Notes: a model not told the origin generated them from the letters alone. A stretch of 64,000 bases of DNA from an uncultured Chloroflexia bacterium (GCA_963810095.1 CAWEMM010000009.1:128001-192000), one strand, 5' to 3'. Shown: positions 19,893 through 30,234, numbered from the stretch's first letter. Made by a program: numbers and translations.

Positions 19893-20823
19893 ATGACCGA
19901 GCCCCAGGAACAAGAACAGGTCCAACCGGCTGCGGAGGAGCAGCCGCAAGCGTCTGAAGTGGCCCCCGTCGCCGCGGAACCGCAGGCCGTGCCCGGTGTG
20001 GGCTTCCTCGTAATGGCCTTCAACGACGAAAAGGCCGCGGATCAGGCGCTCGACGCGATGAAACAGGCCAAGAAGCAGAAGCAGTTCTACTTCGAGGAAG
20101 CTGCTGTCATCCGGCAGGATGTCAACGGTAAGGTGCACTATCACGAGACCGGCGACATGGGCAAAGGCAAGGGCGCAGGCATCGGCGCGCTCGTCGGCGG
20201 CGTCCTGAGCCTCCTTGGCGGCCCCATTGGCCTCGCAGTGGGCGCGGGCATTGGCGCGCTGGCGGGCGCGGCAGCGGCGACCAAGGACAGCGGTTTCCGC
20301 AACGAGAGCCTGAACATGGTAGGCGTCGCACTGAAGCCGGGGACCTCGGCCGTCGTGACCATCACGAGCAGCGCGTTCCTCAAGGCTGTTCAGAAGCAGG
20401 TGCCCATCGACGAGATCCGGGGGACGGTGACCAACCTCTCCGCCGAGATCTCCGCGGCCCTGGCCGAGAAAAAGGATCTTGCCATCGGCGTGCTGCTGAC
20501 CGAAACCGGCCTCGCCGTGCGGAAGATCGCCATCAATGAAGAGAGTGCCGAGGTTGTCGCCGCGGTGTTCACCGACGAAGCGGTTGTGGCGGGCGCGGCG
20601 TACGTGGACGCACAAGGCGTCGCGTACGAGGTGGTCGCAGCGACGGCCGACGGTGCGGCGATGGAAGCCGGGGTCATTACGGACGAAGGCGCGGTCATCG
20701 TCGGCGCGGTGGCCCTGCCGGCGGCGGCCGAAGCAACCGCTGCGGCGCCCGACGGCCGACGAGAACAAGGTTTCGGCCGAGAAGCCGGCCGAAACACCTG
20801 CGTCTGAAGCACCGGCGGCCTGA
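19893..20823 (+). CDS. DUF1269 family protein with an acidic repeat extension (frameshift near 20760)
   Basis: EAAVIRQDVNGKV, glycine zipper GAGIGALVGG, LKPGTSAV. Confidence 0.75.
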
Positions 20824-20871
20824 GCGTCCCGGACGTCCACCGCTCCTCACAGCATTCTGTCCAGAGCAGTC

Positions 20872-20901
20872 CTCCGCCGGCAGTTAACCCTGCCGGCGGA
20901 G
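20872..20901 (+). terminator. GC hairpin after the operon
   Basis: Stem CTCCGCCGGCAG/CTGCCGGCGGAG. Confidence 0.5.
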
Positions 20902-20980
20902 CCACCTCCACGGGCGTGTTCGCCGCCCCGTGCACCCTGCGCCGGCCCCAGCCGGGCTCGCACGGTGCCGGGCGAGGAAT

Positions 20981-21036
20981 TGCACCTTCAATACACCTTT
21001 TTGGGCCTACCGCAGTATCACCTGCGGTGGTAACCT
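20981..21036 (+). promoter_or_regulatory. island motif site 2 plus -10
   Basis: TGCACCT-TCAA-TACACCT-TTTT-GGGCCT, 22 nt (ending TGG), TAACCT. Confidence 0.78.
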
Positions 21037-21081
21037 AACCTCTGCCTAACGCGCATTTGCGCAGTTTTTGGGAGTTCCAGC

Positions 21082-21387
21082 TTGAAGCGCGGCAGTCAAC
21101 GTTTCCTTTTTGATGCACCTGGCGCCTATCGCATTCGCGTTCAGGGTCATCTTGCCGCGCACTGGACAGACATGCTGGGGGGAATGGTCATCTCGTCAAG
21201 AGGCGCCCAGGGGAAGACCGCGGTGACGACGCTCAAGGGGACGTTGATCGACCAGGCCTGCCTGATGGGCGTGCTGACCGCGTTGTACGAGATGGGGTAC
21301 ACCCTTCTGGATGTCAAGCGCCTTCCGGACCCGGTAATTCCCTTTGCGGAGACCGGCGAGGCCACAGGGCAGCGTCCGGCCGCCTGA
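21082..21387 (+). CDS. conserved hypothetical protein (YRIRVQGHL...DQACLMGVL type)
   Basis: Small ferredoxin/ACT-like pattern I recall from near MalT-like regulators (unverified); RBS GGGAG. Confidence 0.7.
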   Translation: MKRGSQRFLFDAPGAYRIRVQGHLAAHWTDMLGGMVISSRGAQGKTAVTTLKGTLIDQACLMGVLTALYEMGYTLLDVKRLPDPVIPFAETGEATGQRPAA

Positions 21388-21420
21388 GCAAAGGCTGATC
21401 ATGGAGAAAGGAGCTTCACA

Positions 21421-21858
21421 ATGACTTTTGGCCCAATCGATTTCATCGCACTTGAGTTTCCCGGTAACAACTTCAAGGGTGAAATCCTCCCCGACATCTT
21501 TGAGCTCGTCGATCGGGGCGTGATCCGCGTGCTCGACCTGGTGATCATTCAGAAAGACCCGGACGGCGCGCTGCGTGTGCGCGAGCTTCAAGAACTCGAG
21601 CCGGGCATGATGACGGTGCTCAACCCGCTGAAGGCCGAAGTCAGCCAGATGATCACGGTCGCCGACATCGACAACATCGCGGCCAAGCTCGAGCCCAACA
21701 GCACCGCAGGCCTGATGCTCATCGAGAATGTGTGGGCCAAGAAGACCCAGCAGGCGATGATCGAAGCGAACGGCCGGCTGGTGATGTTCGAGCGTATCCC
21801 GCACGACGTCGTCGAAGAAGCACTGGCCGAGATGGCCGCGCTGGCCGAGCGAGCGTAG
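21421..21858 (+). CDS. DUF6325 family protein (DUF1269-related)
   Basis: GPIDFIALEFPG, IRVLDLVII and LIENVWA motifs. Confidence 0.82.
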   Translation: MTFGPIDFIALEFPGNNFKGEILPDIFELVDRGVIRVLDLVIIQKDPDGALRVRELQELEPGMMTVLNPLKAEVSQMITVADIDNIAAKLEPNSTAGLMLIENVWAKKTQQAMIEANGRLVMFERIPHDVVEEALAEMAALAERA

Positions 21859-21951
21859 CACGGGGAAAATCTGTCTCGGTCCGAAGCGAGGCCGGCGTTT
21901 GGCGCGGACCACCCGGACCGGGAATGTTTTTGATATCAAAGGAGGTCCATT

Positions 21952-22335
21952 ATGATGCGAAGACGAGGGATGCCGTTGGTGCGCGCGGCCGCGACGACCG
22001 CGGTCGTGGCGGGGACCGCAGGAGCGGTCAGTCACCATCAGCAGCAGAAGTACCAGCAGCAGGCTTACGAGCAGCAGGCTATGTACTCCCAACAACAGGC
22101 AAGCCAGCAGCAGCAGATCGACGCTGCCCAGCAGCAGGCTTACCAACAGGGCTTGGTCGACGCACAGGCCCAGCAACAGCAGTATGCTGCGCCGCCACCG
22201 CCGCCAGCACCGGCGCCCGCGGCTCCCGGCAATGACCTGACGGCCCAGCTGCAGCAGCTTGCGCAGCTGCACAACGCCGGCGTGCTGAACGACGAGGAAT
22301 TCGCCGCAGCGAAGCAGAAGCTGCTGGCCGGCTGA
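21952..22335 (+). CDS. SHOCT domain protein
   Basis: TTAVVAGTA, Gln/Pro-rich linker, C-terminal LQQLAQLHNAGVLNDEEFAAAKQKLL. Confidence 0.88.
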   Translation: MMRRRGMPLVRAAATTAVVAGTAGAVSHHQQQKYQQQAYEQQAMYSQQQASQQQQIDAAQQQAYQQGLVDAQAQQQQYAAPPPPPAPAPAAPGNDLTAQLQQLAQLHNAGVLNDEEFAAAKQKLLAG

Positions 22336-22480
22336 AGCAGAGGGCTTAACCCTGTCACCCGTAGTTGTGCTTACAATCGGATGTTCTGTATAATGTCTTT
22401 CGGGTCTCTGGTCGCACGGCCAATCGCGTGTCGTGGGTAGTTCATCTCTCCGTTTCATAACGTTTCTAGGAGGAAAAATC

Positions 22481-23047
22481 ATGACCGCATCAGTAGCACC
22501 GTCAGCTACGTCAGTCCCCGCACGGCAGCGTCCCTGGTGGCTGACGCTGATCATCGGCATCTCTGCAGTCGTCATTGGCGCCATCTTGCTCTTCGGCACC
22601 GTGGACAGGCGCATTGATACGTACATGTTCCTGGTCAAGGCGCTCGGCCTGTACTGGGTCGTTTGGGGCATCCTGGAACTCGTGTGGATGTTCATCGACC
22701 ACAGCGGCTGGGGCTGGAAGTTGTTCATGGGCATAGTAAGCATCATCGCAGGCGGGTCGATCCTGATGTACCCGGTTGCGGCTGCGATGACTCTGCCCCA
22801 GGTCTTCGTGCTGGTGCTCGGCATCTGGGCCCTCATGGAAGGCATTATGTTGCTCTTCCTCGCCTTCAAGGGCGGTGGCTGGGCGGCCGGCATCCTCGCG
22901 GTGATCTCCATCGTGCTGGGCCTCATCCTGCTCGGCTCCTACGGCAACCTGGGCACGGGACTTGCGATGCTGTGGGCCGGTGCGATCTGGGCCTTCATCG
23001 GTGGCTTTGTCCTGATCTTCCAGGCGTTCCGCTCCCGGAAGGCCTGA
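22481..23047 (+). CDS. HdeD/DUF308 family membrane protein
   Basis: PWWLTLIIGI start and six TM helices with a repeated GxxxIIxG pattern; RBS AGGAGG. Confidence 0.8.
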   Translation: MTASVAPSATSVPARQRPWWLTLIIGISAVVIGAILLFGTVDRRIDTYMFLVKALGLYWVVWGILELVWMFIDHSGWGWKLFMGIVSIIAGGSILMYPVAAAMTLPQVFVLVLGIWALMEGIMLLFLAFKGGGWAAGILAVISIVLGLILLGSYGNLGTGLAMLWAGAIWAFIGGFVLIFQAFRSRKA

Positions 23048-23282
23048 GAGCAAAGGACTGTTCTGGAGCCTACGCTGCCTGACGACAGCGGGAGTTTCTC
23101 ATAGGGAGACACGTGGGCGGAGTGAGACCCGACGCCCGCAGTGTGAAGCCGTGTGAGCGCCCGCCAGTCAGAGCGTAAAGCCCAGAGCATGAGGCGCAGT
23201 CAGAGAGCGCCATCCTATCGTGTCTGTCAGGAGCGGCCTGCCCAAGGCCGCTCTTGCTTTATGTTCGCCGGCCCTCTCCAAA

Positions 23283-23338
23283 TACACCCAAACTACACCC
23301 AAATGGGCCTATTGTCAGGCTTACAAATGGCGTATGCT
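23283..23338 (+). promoter_or_regulatory. island motif site 3 plus -10
   Basis: TACACCC-AAAC-TACACCC-AAAT-GGGCCT, 22 nt, TATGCT. Confidence 0.78.
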
Positions 23339-23411
23339 ATTTGTGGGTGCCCTTATCGGATCGCTGCCGGGGGCATCCCATCCACACCCTATTCAGTCAG
23401 GAGGCCGAACC

Positions 23412-23729
23412 GTGTTACTCATTGGATGTCTCTTCGCATTCGCCCTCGCCGTCGCCCCGCGCGTTGTCCTGGTGCTCGCCTGGATCTTCAGCGACCGCTG
23501 GCAGATCGTCTGGGGCGGCCAGTGGCTCTTGCCCTTGTTGGGGATCATCTTCCTGCCCTTCACGACCGTCATGTACATGCTGACGTGGAAGCCGACCGGC
23601 ATCCAGGGTTGGGACTGGCTGTGGATCGGGCTGGGCGTGTTCATGGACCTGATGAAGTGGGCCCAGATCGCGGCCAACCGGAAGGGCATCCCGGGCTACC
23701 CCGACGGGAACCCCGCCCCCGTTGTCTGA
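23412..23729 (+). CDS. small membrane protein (paralog of 24901-25200)
   Basis: RBS AGGAGG; GCL...PR...LPLLGIIFLPFTTVMY...DWLWIGL shared with the paralog. Confidence 0.75.
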   Translation: MLLIGCLFAFALAVAPRVVLVLAWIFSDRWQIVWGGQWLLPLLGIIFLPFTTVMYMLTWKPTGIQGWDWLWIGLGVFMDLMKWAQIAANRKGIPGYPDGNPAPVV

Positions 23730-23849
23730 TCCGCAAACCGTCCGTCATGGGATGGCAGTGTCCGCCAGCGGTTGAGCTAACGTGGGCCGCCAGATAGCTT
23801 GCTATACTGCGGCCCACGCATGGACCCCGCCTTCAAGAAGGAGTGGCAC

Positions 23850-24425
23850 ATGGCAGGGAACTTGTTGGTCCTGGCGTTTGACGGGGAGCACACGGCCAAG
23901 ACCGTGTGGGGCGACCTTATGAAGCTCGAGGAAGCCGGCGTGGTCGACATCGAGGACGCGGTCATCGCCTGGCGACCGCCGCTCGAGGGCCCCGATCTCG
24001 CCAGCTCGATGGCGGCCACTAGCGTTTCCACCGCGTCCAGTGTCTCCACCCGCACGAACGTCTTCGATTCCTCCAAGCTGCAGATCGAACAGACGAAGCA
24101 TCCCCTGAAGAAGAAGTATGCCGGCCGCGGCGCCGCCATCGGATTCGTGGCCGGGGTCTTGCTGGGCGGCCCCATCGGCGGGCTGGTCGTGGGAGCGGGC
24201 ATCGGTGCGGTCAGCGGGTCGATGAAGGACGCGGGCATCAAGGAGGACTTCATCAAGCAGACTGCAGCCGCTTTGAAGCCGGGCACCTCCGCCATCTTCG
24301 CCCTGGGCCATGCCAACGACCCCGAGCGCCTGATGCAGGAGCTGCGGGCGTTCGAGCCCCGGGTGCTTTCGACCACCCTCGATCCGGAGAAGGAGCGCGA
24401 GCTCCGTAACGCGCTGGGCGGCTAA
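23850..24425 (+). CDS. DUF1269 family protein
   Basis: LVLAFD, IEDAVI, glycine zipper, LKPGTSAIF. Confidence 0.8.
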   Translation: MAGNLLVLAFDGEHTAKTVWGDLMKLEEAGVVDIEDAVIAWRPPLEGPDLASSMAATSVSTASSVSTRTNVFDSSKLQIEQTKHPLKKKYAGRGAAIGFVAGVLLGGPIGGLVVGAGIGAVSGSMKDAGIKEDFIKQTAAALKPGTSAIFALGHANDPERLMQELRAFEPRVLSTTLDPEKERELRNALGG

Positions 24426-24452
24426 GCTAGTCGCGGCAGAAAAGGCCATAAA

Positions 24453-24488
24453 AATCCGCATGGCGCCGTGGTGGGCCATGCGGATTTC
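24453..24488 (+). terminator. hairpin terminator
   Basis: Stem AATCCGCATGGC/GCCATGCGGATT followed by TCTTTGTT. Confidence 0.6.
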
Positions 24489-24489
24489 T

Positions 24490-24749
24490 TTGTTCTGCGG
24501 CCGGCGAGCTTCGCCATCGACGCAAACGTGAAGAATGCGACGAGCGCCAGTACGCCCACCACCGCCAGGATCGTGAGCACGAGCGACAGCCCCGGCTTGA
24601 CGCCCTTCTTCCTGAGCCAGCCTGGCAACGGCAGGATTGCGATGGTTTACCATAACCCGGCCCAGCGGGGCAAGAATAAAGGCCAGCGACCGCAGGCCCC
24701 AGAAGGGAATGACGGCGGCCGCCACTTAGGAGGGCGTCCTCTTATCCAT
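24490..24749 (-). pseudogene. truncated AI-2E family transporter N-terminal relic
   Basis: Fragments AAVIPFWGLRSLAFILAP and LPGWLRKKGVKPGLSLVLTILAVVG lie in different frames, with an in-frame stop and no C-terminal part. Confidence 0.5.
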
Positions 24750-24900
24750 AATTGCTTCTCCTGCGGAGGTTCGACTTTGCCTGGCCACGCCGGAGCGAGC
24801 AGAAACAAAAAATGGACGGGATCTCTGCAGCTCGGCTGCATCAGCCCCGTCCATACTTCTTAGTTACCCGCCGTCACCGGCGTTGTGTTCTTGGGCGAGC

Positions 24901-25200
24901 CTAGCGGCCGTAGCCCAGCCGGTTGCGGTTGCCGTAGCCACCCCCACCGTACGAGCCGATGTCAGCGAACAGGGCCAGGCCCAGCCAGAGCCAGTCAAGG
25001 CCGACAATGCCGCCGGGCGCCACGATGACGTACATCAGCGTCAGCCAGGGCACGAACACCAGGCCCAACACGGGCCAGATCCAGCTCTGGAAGGCAGAGA
25101 TGCCGGTTGCGCCGACCCAGCGCGTCGGCTGGGCGATCCACCAAATCAAGCCCGCGACGCGGGGACCGAGGAAGATCAGAACGGTGAACAAACAACACAT
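24901..25200 (-). CDS. small membrane protein (paralog of 23412-23729)
   Basis: MCCLF...PR...WPVLGLVFVPWLTLMY...DWLWLGL; RBS AGGAG. Confidence 0.75.
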   Translation of the reverse strand: MCCLFTVLIFLGPRVAGLIWWIAQPTRWVGATGISAFQSWIWPVLGLVFVPWLTLMYVIVAPGGIVGLDWLWLGLALFADIGSYGGGGYGNRNRLGYGR

Positions 25201-25293
25201 AGAGATGCTCCTGTTGGCGCGGGCCTGTTCGACAGAGCGCTCCGCTGGCAGTGGAACCCCTCGCATCGAACAGGCTGCGCGACTAGATGCGGG

Positions 25294-25947
25294 CTACGCC
25301 GCAGATTCCCAACGGTCGTACGAGTCGAGGTTGAAGCTCTGATTCTGCTTGATCTGGGCCACGATGCCGAGCACCGCCACCACGAGGAACAGGATCGCGG
25401 CGAGCGGCGAAGCGTCCAGGATCGCGCGTACCGGGTTTTCCAGCACCTGCGCGGCCGGCTTGAACATCAGCACGATCGACCCGATGATGGCCTCCGCACC
25501 CAGCACCGCTGTGCCGATGATGATCACGTACTTCTGGATATTGAACCGGATCGTCACGATCGCGAGCAGGACGCCCGCAATGATGCCGATCAGCCAAACC
25601 AGGAAGCCCATGTTCAGGCCAATGGCCAGCAGAATGCCGACGACCGCCGAATAGCCCAGCGCACCGGCAATAATGCCCACGGCCGCTATATAGAATAGGT
25701 AGGACAGCACCGCGAAGATGCCGCCGACGATGAAGCCGACGACCCAGCTGGTGATCGAAAGCAGGAAGGGGAAGTTTCCGCCGCCGATCGCCTGCAGGGT
25801 CTGTGCACCGAGGGTCAGCCCGAAGAAGAAGCCGAAGATCGGGAGCAAGACCAAGAAGAAGCGGTAGCCGGCGAAACAGAGGGCGAGGCCGAACATGATG
25901 CCGATCAGGCCCGCACACGCCAAGGTGAAGAATGACTCGTTAACCAT
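25294..25947 (-). CDS. DUF4203 (TM7S3/TM198-like) membrane protein
   Basis: LCFAGYRFF...GFFFG motif, multiple TM helices, IIIGTAVLGA. Confidence 0.8.
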   Translation of the reverse strand: MVNESFFTLACAGLIGIMFGLALCFAGYRFFLVLLPIFGFFFGLTLGAQTLQAIGGGNFPFLLSITSWVVGFIVGGIFAVLSYLFYIAAVGIIAGALGYSAVVGILLAIGLNMGFLVWLIGIIAGVLLAIVTIRFNIQKYVIIIGTAVLGAEAIIGSIVLMFKPAAQVLENPVRAILDASPLAAILFLVVAVLGIVAQIKQNQSFNLDSYDRWESAA

Positions 25948-26255
25948 GATGGTTCCTCCATTGTGACGGGTGGTAAGAGAGATGATGGATGATGAGTTTA
26001 CAAGTTATGGGGTAACTTCGATACTCAGCCTCCCTGCGGGGAGCACGCTCCCCTCATATTTTCCCGGTAGGTCTTCATCCGGGCGCTGCTTGCGGGGTCT
26101 TTATCAGGGCCAGGATCGTACAGGCTTAACCGATCCGGGGCGAAGAAGTCGCGGTTGGCATGTTGGATCGGCAGTGCGGAATGCCAGTTGTGGCCTCTTC
26201 TGCGCACTGCGAGCAGCATACCAGTGGCTTGCTGCTCGCAGTGCCTACCGGCGCG

Positions 26256-27083
26256 TTATTCCGCCCGGTCCATGAGGGCGCCGGCCGTCGCGTCCAGCGC
26301 TTCCGCCTGGCCAACCATCTCGGCACCGGCCGCGATGTCTGCTACGCCTTCCAGCGCAAGGGCCTGACCGGCCTGCACCAGTTCCTGGCCTGCCTCGAGC
26401 GCCACGGCGCCTTGCACGACTTTCTGAGCGCCCGCGGCTGCCAGCGCGTCACTCACATCGGCCGCACGCTCGGCCACGCCAACGCGCACGACGCCTTCCT
26501 CCAGCTCATCGATGCCCATCTCGCCGACGCGAGCCGCGGTCGAGGCCATCGAGGCGGCGACTGCACGGCCTGCGCCGAACTTGATGACCGTTTCGACGGC
26601 CAGTTGGTGCAGCGCATTGCTCTTCACGTCGAGGAAGTCGGCCAGCACGGGCATGTTTCGCATGGAAACGATGTCGGCCACCACGGCCAGCTGGCCGGCG
26701 ATCGCCGCAATGCCCATCGAGTTTTCGAGGTCAGATTCGCTCAGGAACCCGACCAACTCGCTCTGGACTTCCACGTCTTCCGAATGCTCGAGCAATTCGG
26801 CGCCTTGCGCAACATCGACGATGCCCGCCGCGGCGACGACGCTGCTGATCTTCGACAGGCCTTCGGCAACGGCGATTTCGTCCGCGCCACGCGTCAGCGC
26901 GGCCGCGCCCACTGCCACCGCGCCGCGGCCCAGGCTGCCCACCTCGCGGGCCGCCTCGAGCTTGTTGAGCCCTGCCTTCGCCTGGTCCAGGCCGAGAACG
27001 CCCTCCTGGATTGCGATGTCCTCGACGGCGTTGGCCGTCTCCTGCAACTCACGCTTGCCGACTGCTACTTTTTTCGCTGCCAT
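26256..27083 (-). CDS. hypothetical Ala/Glu/Val-rich helical-repeat protein
   Basis: RBS AAGGAG, coding-like bias, recurring G(I/V)xD(I/V)AxGAE units. Confidence 0.7.
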   Translation of the reverse strand: MAAKKVAVGKRELQETANAVEDIAIQEGVLGLDQAKAGLNKLEAAREVGSLGRGAVAVGAAALTRGADEIAVAEGLSKISSVVAAAGIVDVAQGAELLEHSEDVEVQSELVGFLSESDLENSMGIAAIAGQLAVVADIVSMRNMPVLADFLDVKSNALHQLAVETVIKFGAGRAVAASMASTAARVGEMGIDELEEGVVRVGVAERAADVSDALAAAGAQKVVQGAVALEAGQELVQAGQALALEGVADIAAGAEMVGQAEALDATAGALMDRAE

Positions 27084-27178
27084 TGAAAGCTCCTTAGGTT
27101 GGTGGACTTTGTTTAGGCATCGCGTACGCCCGCCAGGACCTACGCGATGCGATAACACGGATTCGAGCGGTTCCCCGC

Positions 27179-29490
27179 CTACTGGGCCGCGTATTGGAGC
27201 AACTTCTGCCCCGACGCGGCGAAGATGGTCAACTGCGAGCCCGAAACCTGGTAGGTTGCAGACTGCTGCAGCGCCGCCAGGTAAGCCTGCCCCTGGCTGG
27301 CGACGTCCTCGGGACAAGCCATGCCTGTCGTCACCGGCAACCCGACCGTCAACGTGCTCGCGGTGGCCGAGTAAGGTGCGTTGAAGGTGTTGCAGCTATC
27401 GTTGCCCGTAACCTTGCCATCGCCGCCAAACAGGGCCGTCATCGTCGTGCCCGCGATGGGCGACACCATGGCCTCCTTGCCGTTGTTATACGAGAGGAGC
27501 ACCCAGTTCTTGCCGATGATCGCGGGCGGCTGGGCGGTCGCGGTCGGTGGCGCTACTGTCGGTGGCGCCACGGTCGGTGGTGCAACCGTCGGCGGAACTG
27601 CTGTCGGCGGAACTGCTGTCGGCGGCGCGGCTACGTTCACGTACGCCTGGGCATTGCTCTGGCCGCCTGGGCCCGTGGCTGCCAGTGTGTAACTCACCGT
27701 CCCGCTTCCGGGAGGACAGTCTTGCACCTGCCCACGGATTGGCGCACCATCCCAGATCGGCGTGCCCGCGCGCGATCGTGATCAGCTGCACCTGGCCCTG
27801 CACATCCCACTGGACGTTCACGCATTGACCGGGTTGGATCTGTGCCGGCGTCACCGTGAACAGGGCGATGACGGGTGCGCTGCCGGGCAGCACGGTGATC
27901 ATGATGGCCTGCGTCTGAGTCGTGCCGTTGGTGAAGACCACTTGCAGGAAGTAGGTCGTCGTCTGCGGCGGGCATTCGGTCTGGCTGCCCTGGCCGGCGA
28001 CGCCGTGCTGCAGCGGGTCCTGTCCCTGCGCGTAGAAGTAGACGGCCGACACGTTCTGCACATTCCATGTGAATACTACGCACTGACCGGCCGTGATAGT
28101 GGTCTGACTCGCCGTGAAGCTGATCGAGGGCGACGGCGGCGACGTCGGGGCAGCGGTCGGCGTGGGCGCGACTACCTGGATGCCAACATAGACCTTGGTC
28201 CCGAAGGCCACGCCCTTGCCGTTCTTCATCTGCCAGAAGCCCTGGTACACCCCGGGTTGCGTCGGCGCTGTGAGATTCACCGAGATATCGTAGGTTGCAC
28301 CTGGCGCCACAGTGCCTTTGATATTGGTCGGCTGGCCCCCCATCTGTGCGGCGGCAGTGTTGCCCGACGCGTAGGCCAGGTAGTAGGTGCTATCCCACGT
28401 GCAGGTGCCGCTGTTGCGGATGCGCCAGCTCTTCACAAACTGCTGGCCGGGTTTCATCACCGGCGGCGCAGTCATATTCTGGTCGTCGTAGTTAAGGTCG
28501 GCCACGTACGACATGTTGTCGATGCATCCGGCCGGGGTCGGGCGAGGGCTGAACCGGGACCGTGGTCGCCGGCGGAACAACCGTCGGGACCGGCGTCGGC
28601 ACGGGTAGGATGCCGTCCGGCTTGAGCCCCAGGAATTTCTCGGCAAGCGCAGCGTACTCACCGCTTGCAACGACGTTCGCAATGGCCGTGTTGAAGACGC
28701 GGCGGAGCGACTCGGCGCCCTTTGGCAATGCGATGGCGTAGGCCTGCGGCTTGACGCCCTCGCCCACTACCTTCACGCCGCCGGCCTGCACGTACGTCTT
28801 CGCCGGCTGAGAATCGAGCACGACCAAATCCAGCCGGCCCTTCTTCAGGTCCTGTACGGCTTGCCCGATGTCCGGATAAGATCGGAGGTTCGCTGCCGGC
28901 ATCAGGTTCGTCGACACGAGCGTCTTTTCGAGATAAGTCTCGTAGACCGAGCCGCTCTGCACGCCGACGATCTTGTCGGCCATCTGCTCGACCTTAGTGA
29001 TGACGCCGATGGAGGAATCCGCGGCGCTCATCGCGACGCCGGTGCCGGTGTAGTAGATGTTGGTGAAGTCGACGTAGGGCTCGCGGTCCGGGGTGACCGA
29101 GATAGCCGCGATCGCGGTGTCGATGGCGCCGAGTTGAAGCGCGTTGTAGAGACCATCGAACGCATAGTCCTTGATCTCAACCTTGACGCCCAGTTGCTTC
29201 CCGATCTCGCGGATCAGCCCGATGTCGAAGCCGTCGAGCTGGAACCGGCTGTTGTAATACTCGAACGGTTCGTAGTCCGCCGACGTGCCTACCCGCAGGA
29301 CGCCTGCCTTCTGGATCTGAGCCCAAAGGTCCTGAGGGGGAACCGGGGTTGTTATGGGCGGTTGCGTTGCCACCGTCGCGCGCGTCGGCTCGGGGGCGGG
29401 CGCCGGGGTGGAACTGCCGCCGCATCCTGCCAGAATCGTCGCGACGACGAGGATTGCGGTGACCGCCGTCAGTAGAGAGCTGCGTTTCAT
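27179..29490 (-). CDS. multidomain lipoprotein: amino-acid SBP (family 3) + NBR1-like Ig + Ig-like + META; frameshifts near 28535 and 27760
   Basis: Lipobox LAGC; LRVGTSADYEPFEY; FVKSWRIRNSGTCTW...YQGFWQM; GNDSCN...TTGMAC; three consecutive frames join through Pro/Thr linkers. Confidence 0.75.
27541..27626 (-). repeat. 15-bp tandem repeat encoding PPT(A/V)(V/A) linkers
   Basis: GGCGGAACTGCTGTC-like units, about six copies. Confidence 0.7.
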
Positions 29491-29667
29491 GGAGGGGCTT
29501 GCTCCTTGTGTGCGGCTGCAGCCGTCCAACTCGCCGGCCGCGTCAAGTGCTCGCAGGCAGCCCTGCGAGCACACGAACAACCTTGGCAGCGCGTGCAGCC
29601 TTGATCCGCCGTGACCCGCCCGCCGCCCAGCTGTGAGCGACAGATGCGGGCACGATCGGCTTGCTGG

Positions 29668-30234
29668 TTACCGGCTCGGGTGGGCCATCTCGTCGACGCA
29701 CACCGCAATCGCCAGAATCAGCGCGTCGTCCTGTCCGGGGTCAATCTCGACGCCGTAGGTGTCGCGCAGGCGGAACCATTTCTTGGAGATCTCGGCGATC
29801 TTGTCGCGGCCTTCGCCAATGGTATATTCGTGGTCCAGGATGTTGCCCTGAACCTCGAGATCTGGCCCGCCGCGCACGTTGACGGTCCAGCGTTCGCGGA
29901 TCGGCGTGATGAGCGCTTTCTTCACCATGGCAACCCGCTGGCCGCGTGCGTCCTCGACCTCCATAGAGTCCTTGACGCGCAACATGCGCTCCTGGATCTT
30001 ATAGAGTTCCTGGCCGCGGGCGTCCTCGAGGATCAAGGTTTGGCGAACACGCAGCGCCTTGCCGTCTACCTTGTAGACCTTCTCCCCGCGATCGTTCTCG
30101 ATCCAGAAATCGTCGCCGATCGATATCATCTTCTGCCGCATCTGGTAGTGGTTTTTGCCGCCACCGCCGCCCAGTGGGCCCCCGCGGTCGTCTTGCCGCT
30201 CATCGCGGCGCTCTTCACGTGCTCCCCGACGCAT
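29668..30234 (-). CDS. LURP-one-related / Tubby C2 family protein
   Basis: YQMRQKMISIGDDFWI, KVDGK, VQGNILDHEY and RDTYGVEI motifs. Confidence 0.85.
   Translation of the reverse strand: MRRGAREERRDERQDDRGGPLGGGGGKNHYQMRQKMISIGDDFWIENDRGEKVYKVDGKALRVRQTLILEDARGQELYKIQERMLRVKDSMEVEDARGQRVAMVKKALITPIRERWTVNVRGGPDLEVQGNILDHEYTIGEGRDKIAEISKKWFRLRDTYGVEIDPGQDDALILAIAVCVDEMAHPSR

Noticed and set aside
26112-26124. AGGATCGTACAGG matches part of the Vibrio lux box
   Set aside because: The left arm of the palindrome is absent and there is no LuxI or AHL-type LuxR nearby; treated as chance.
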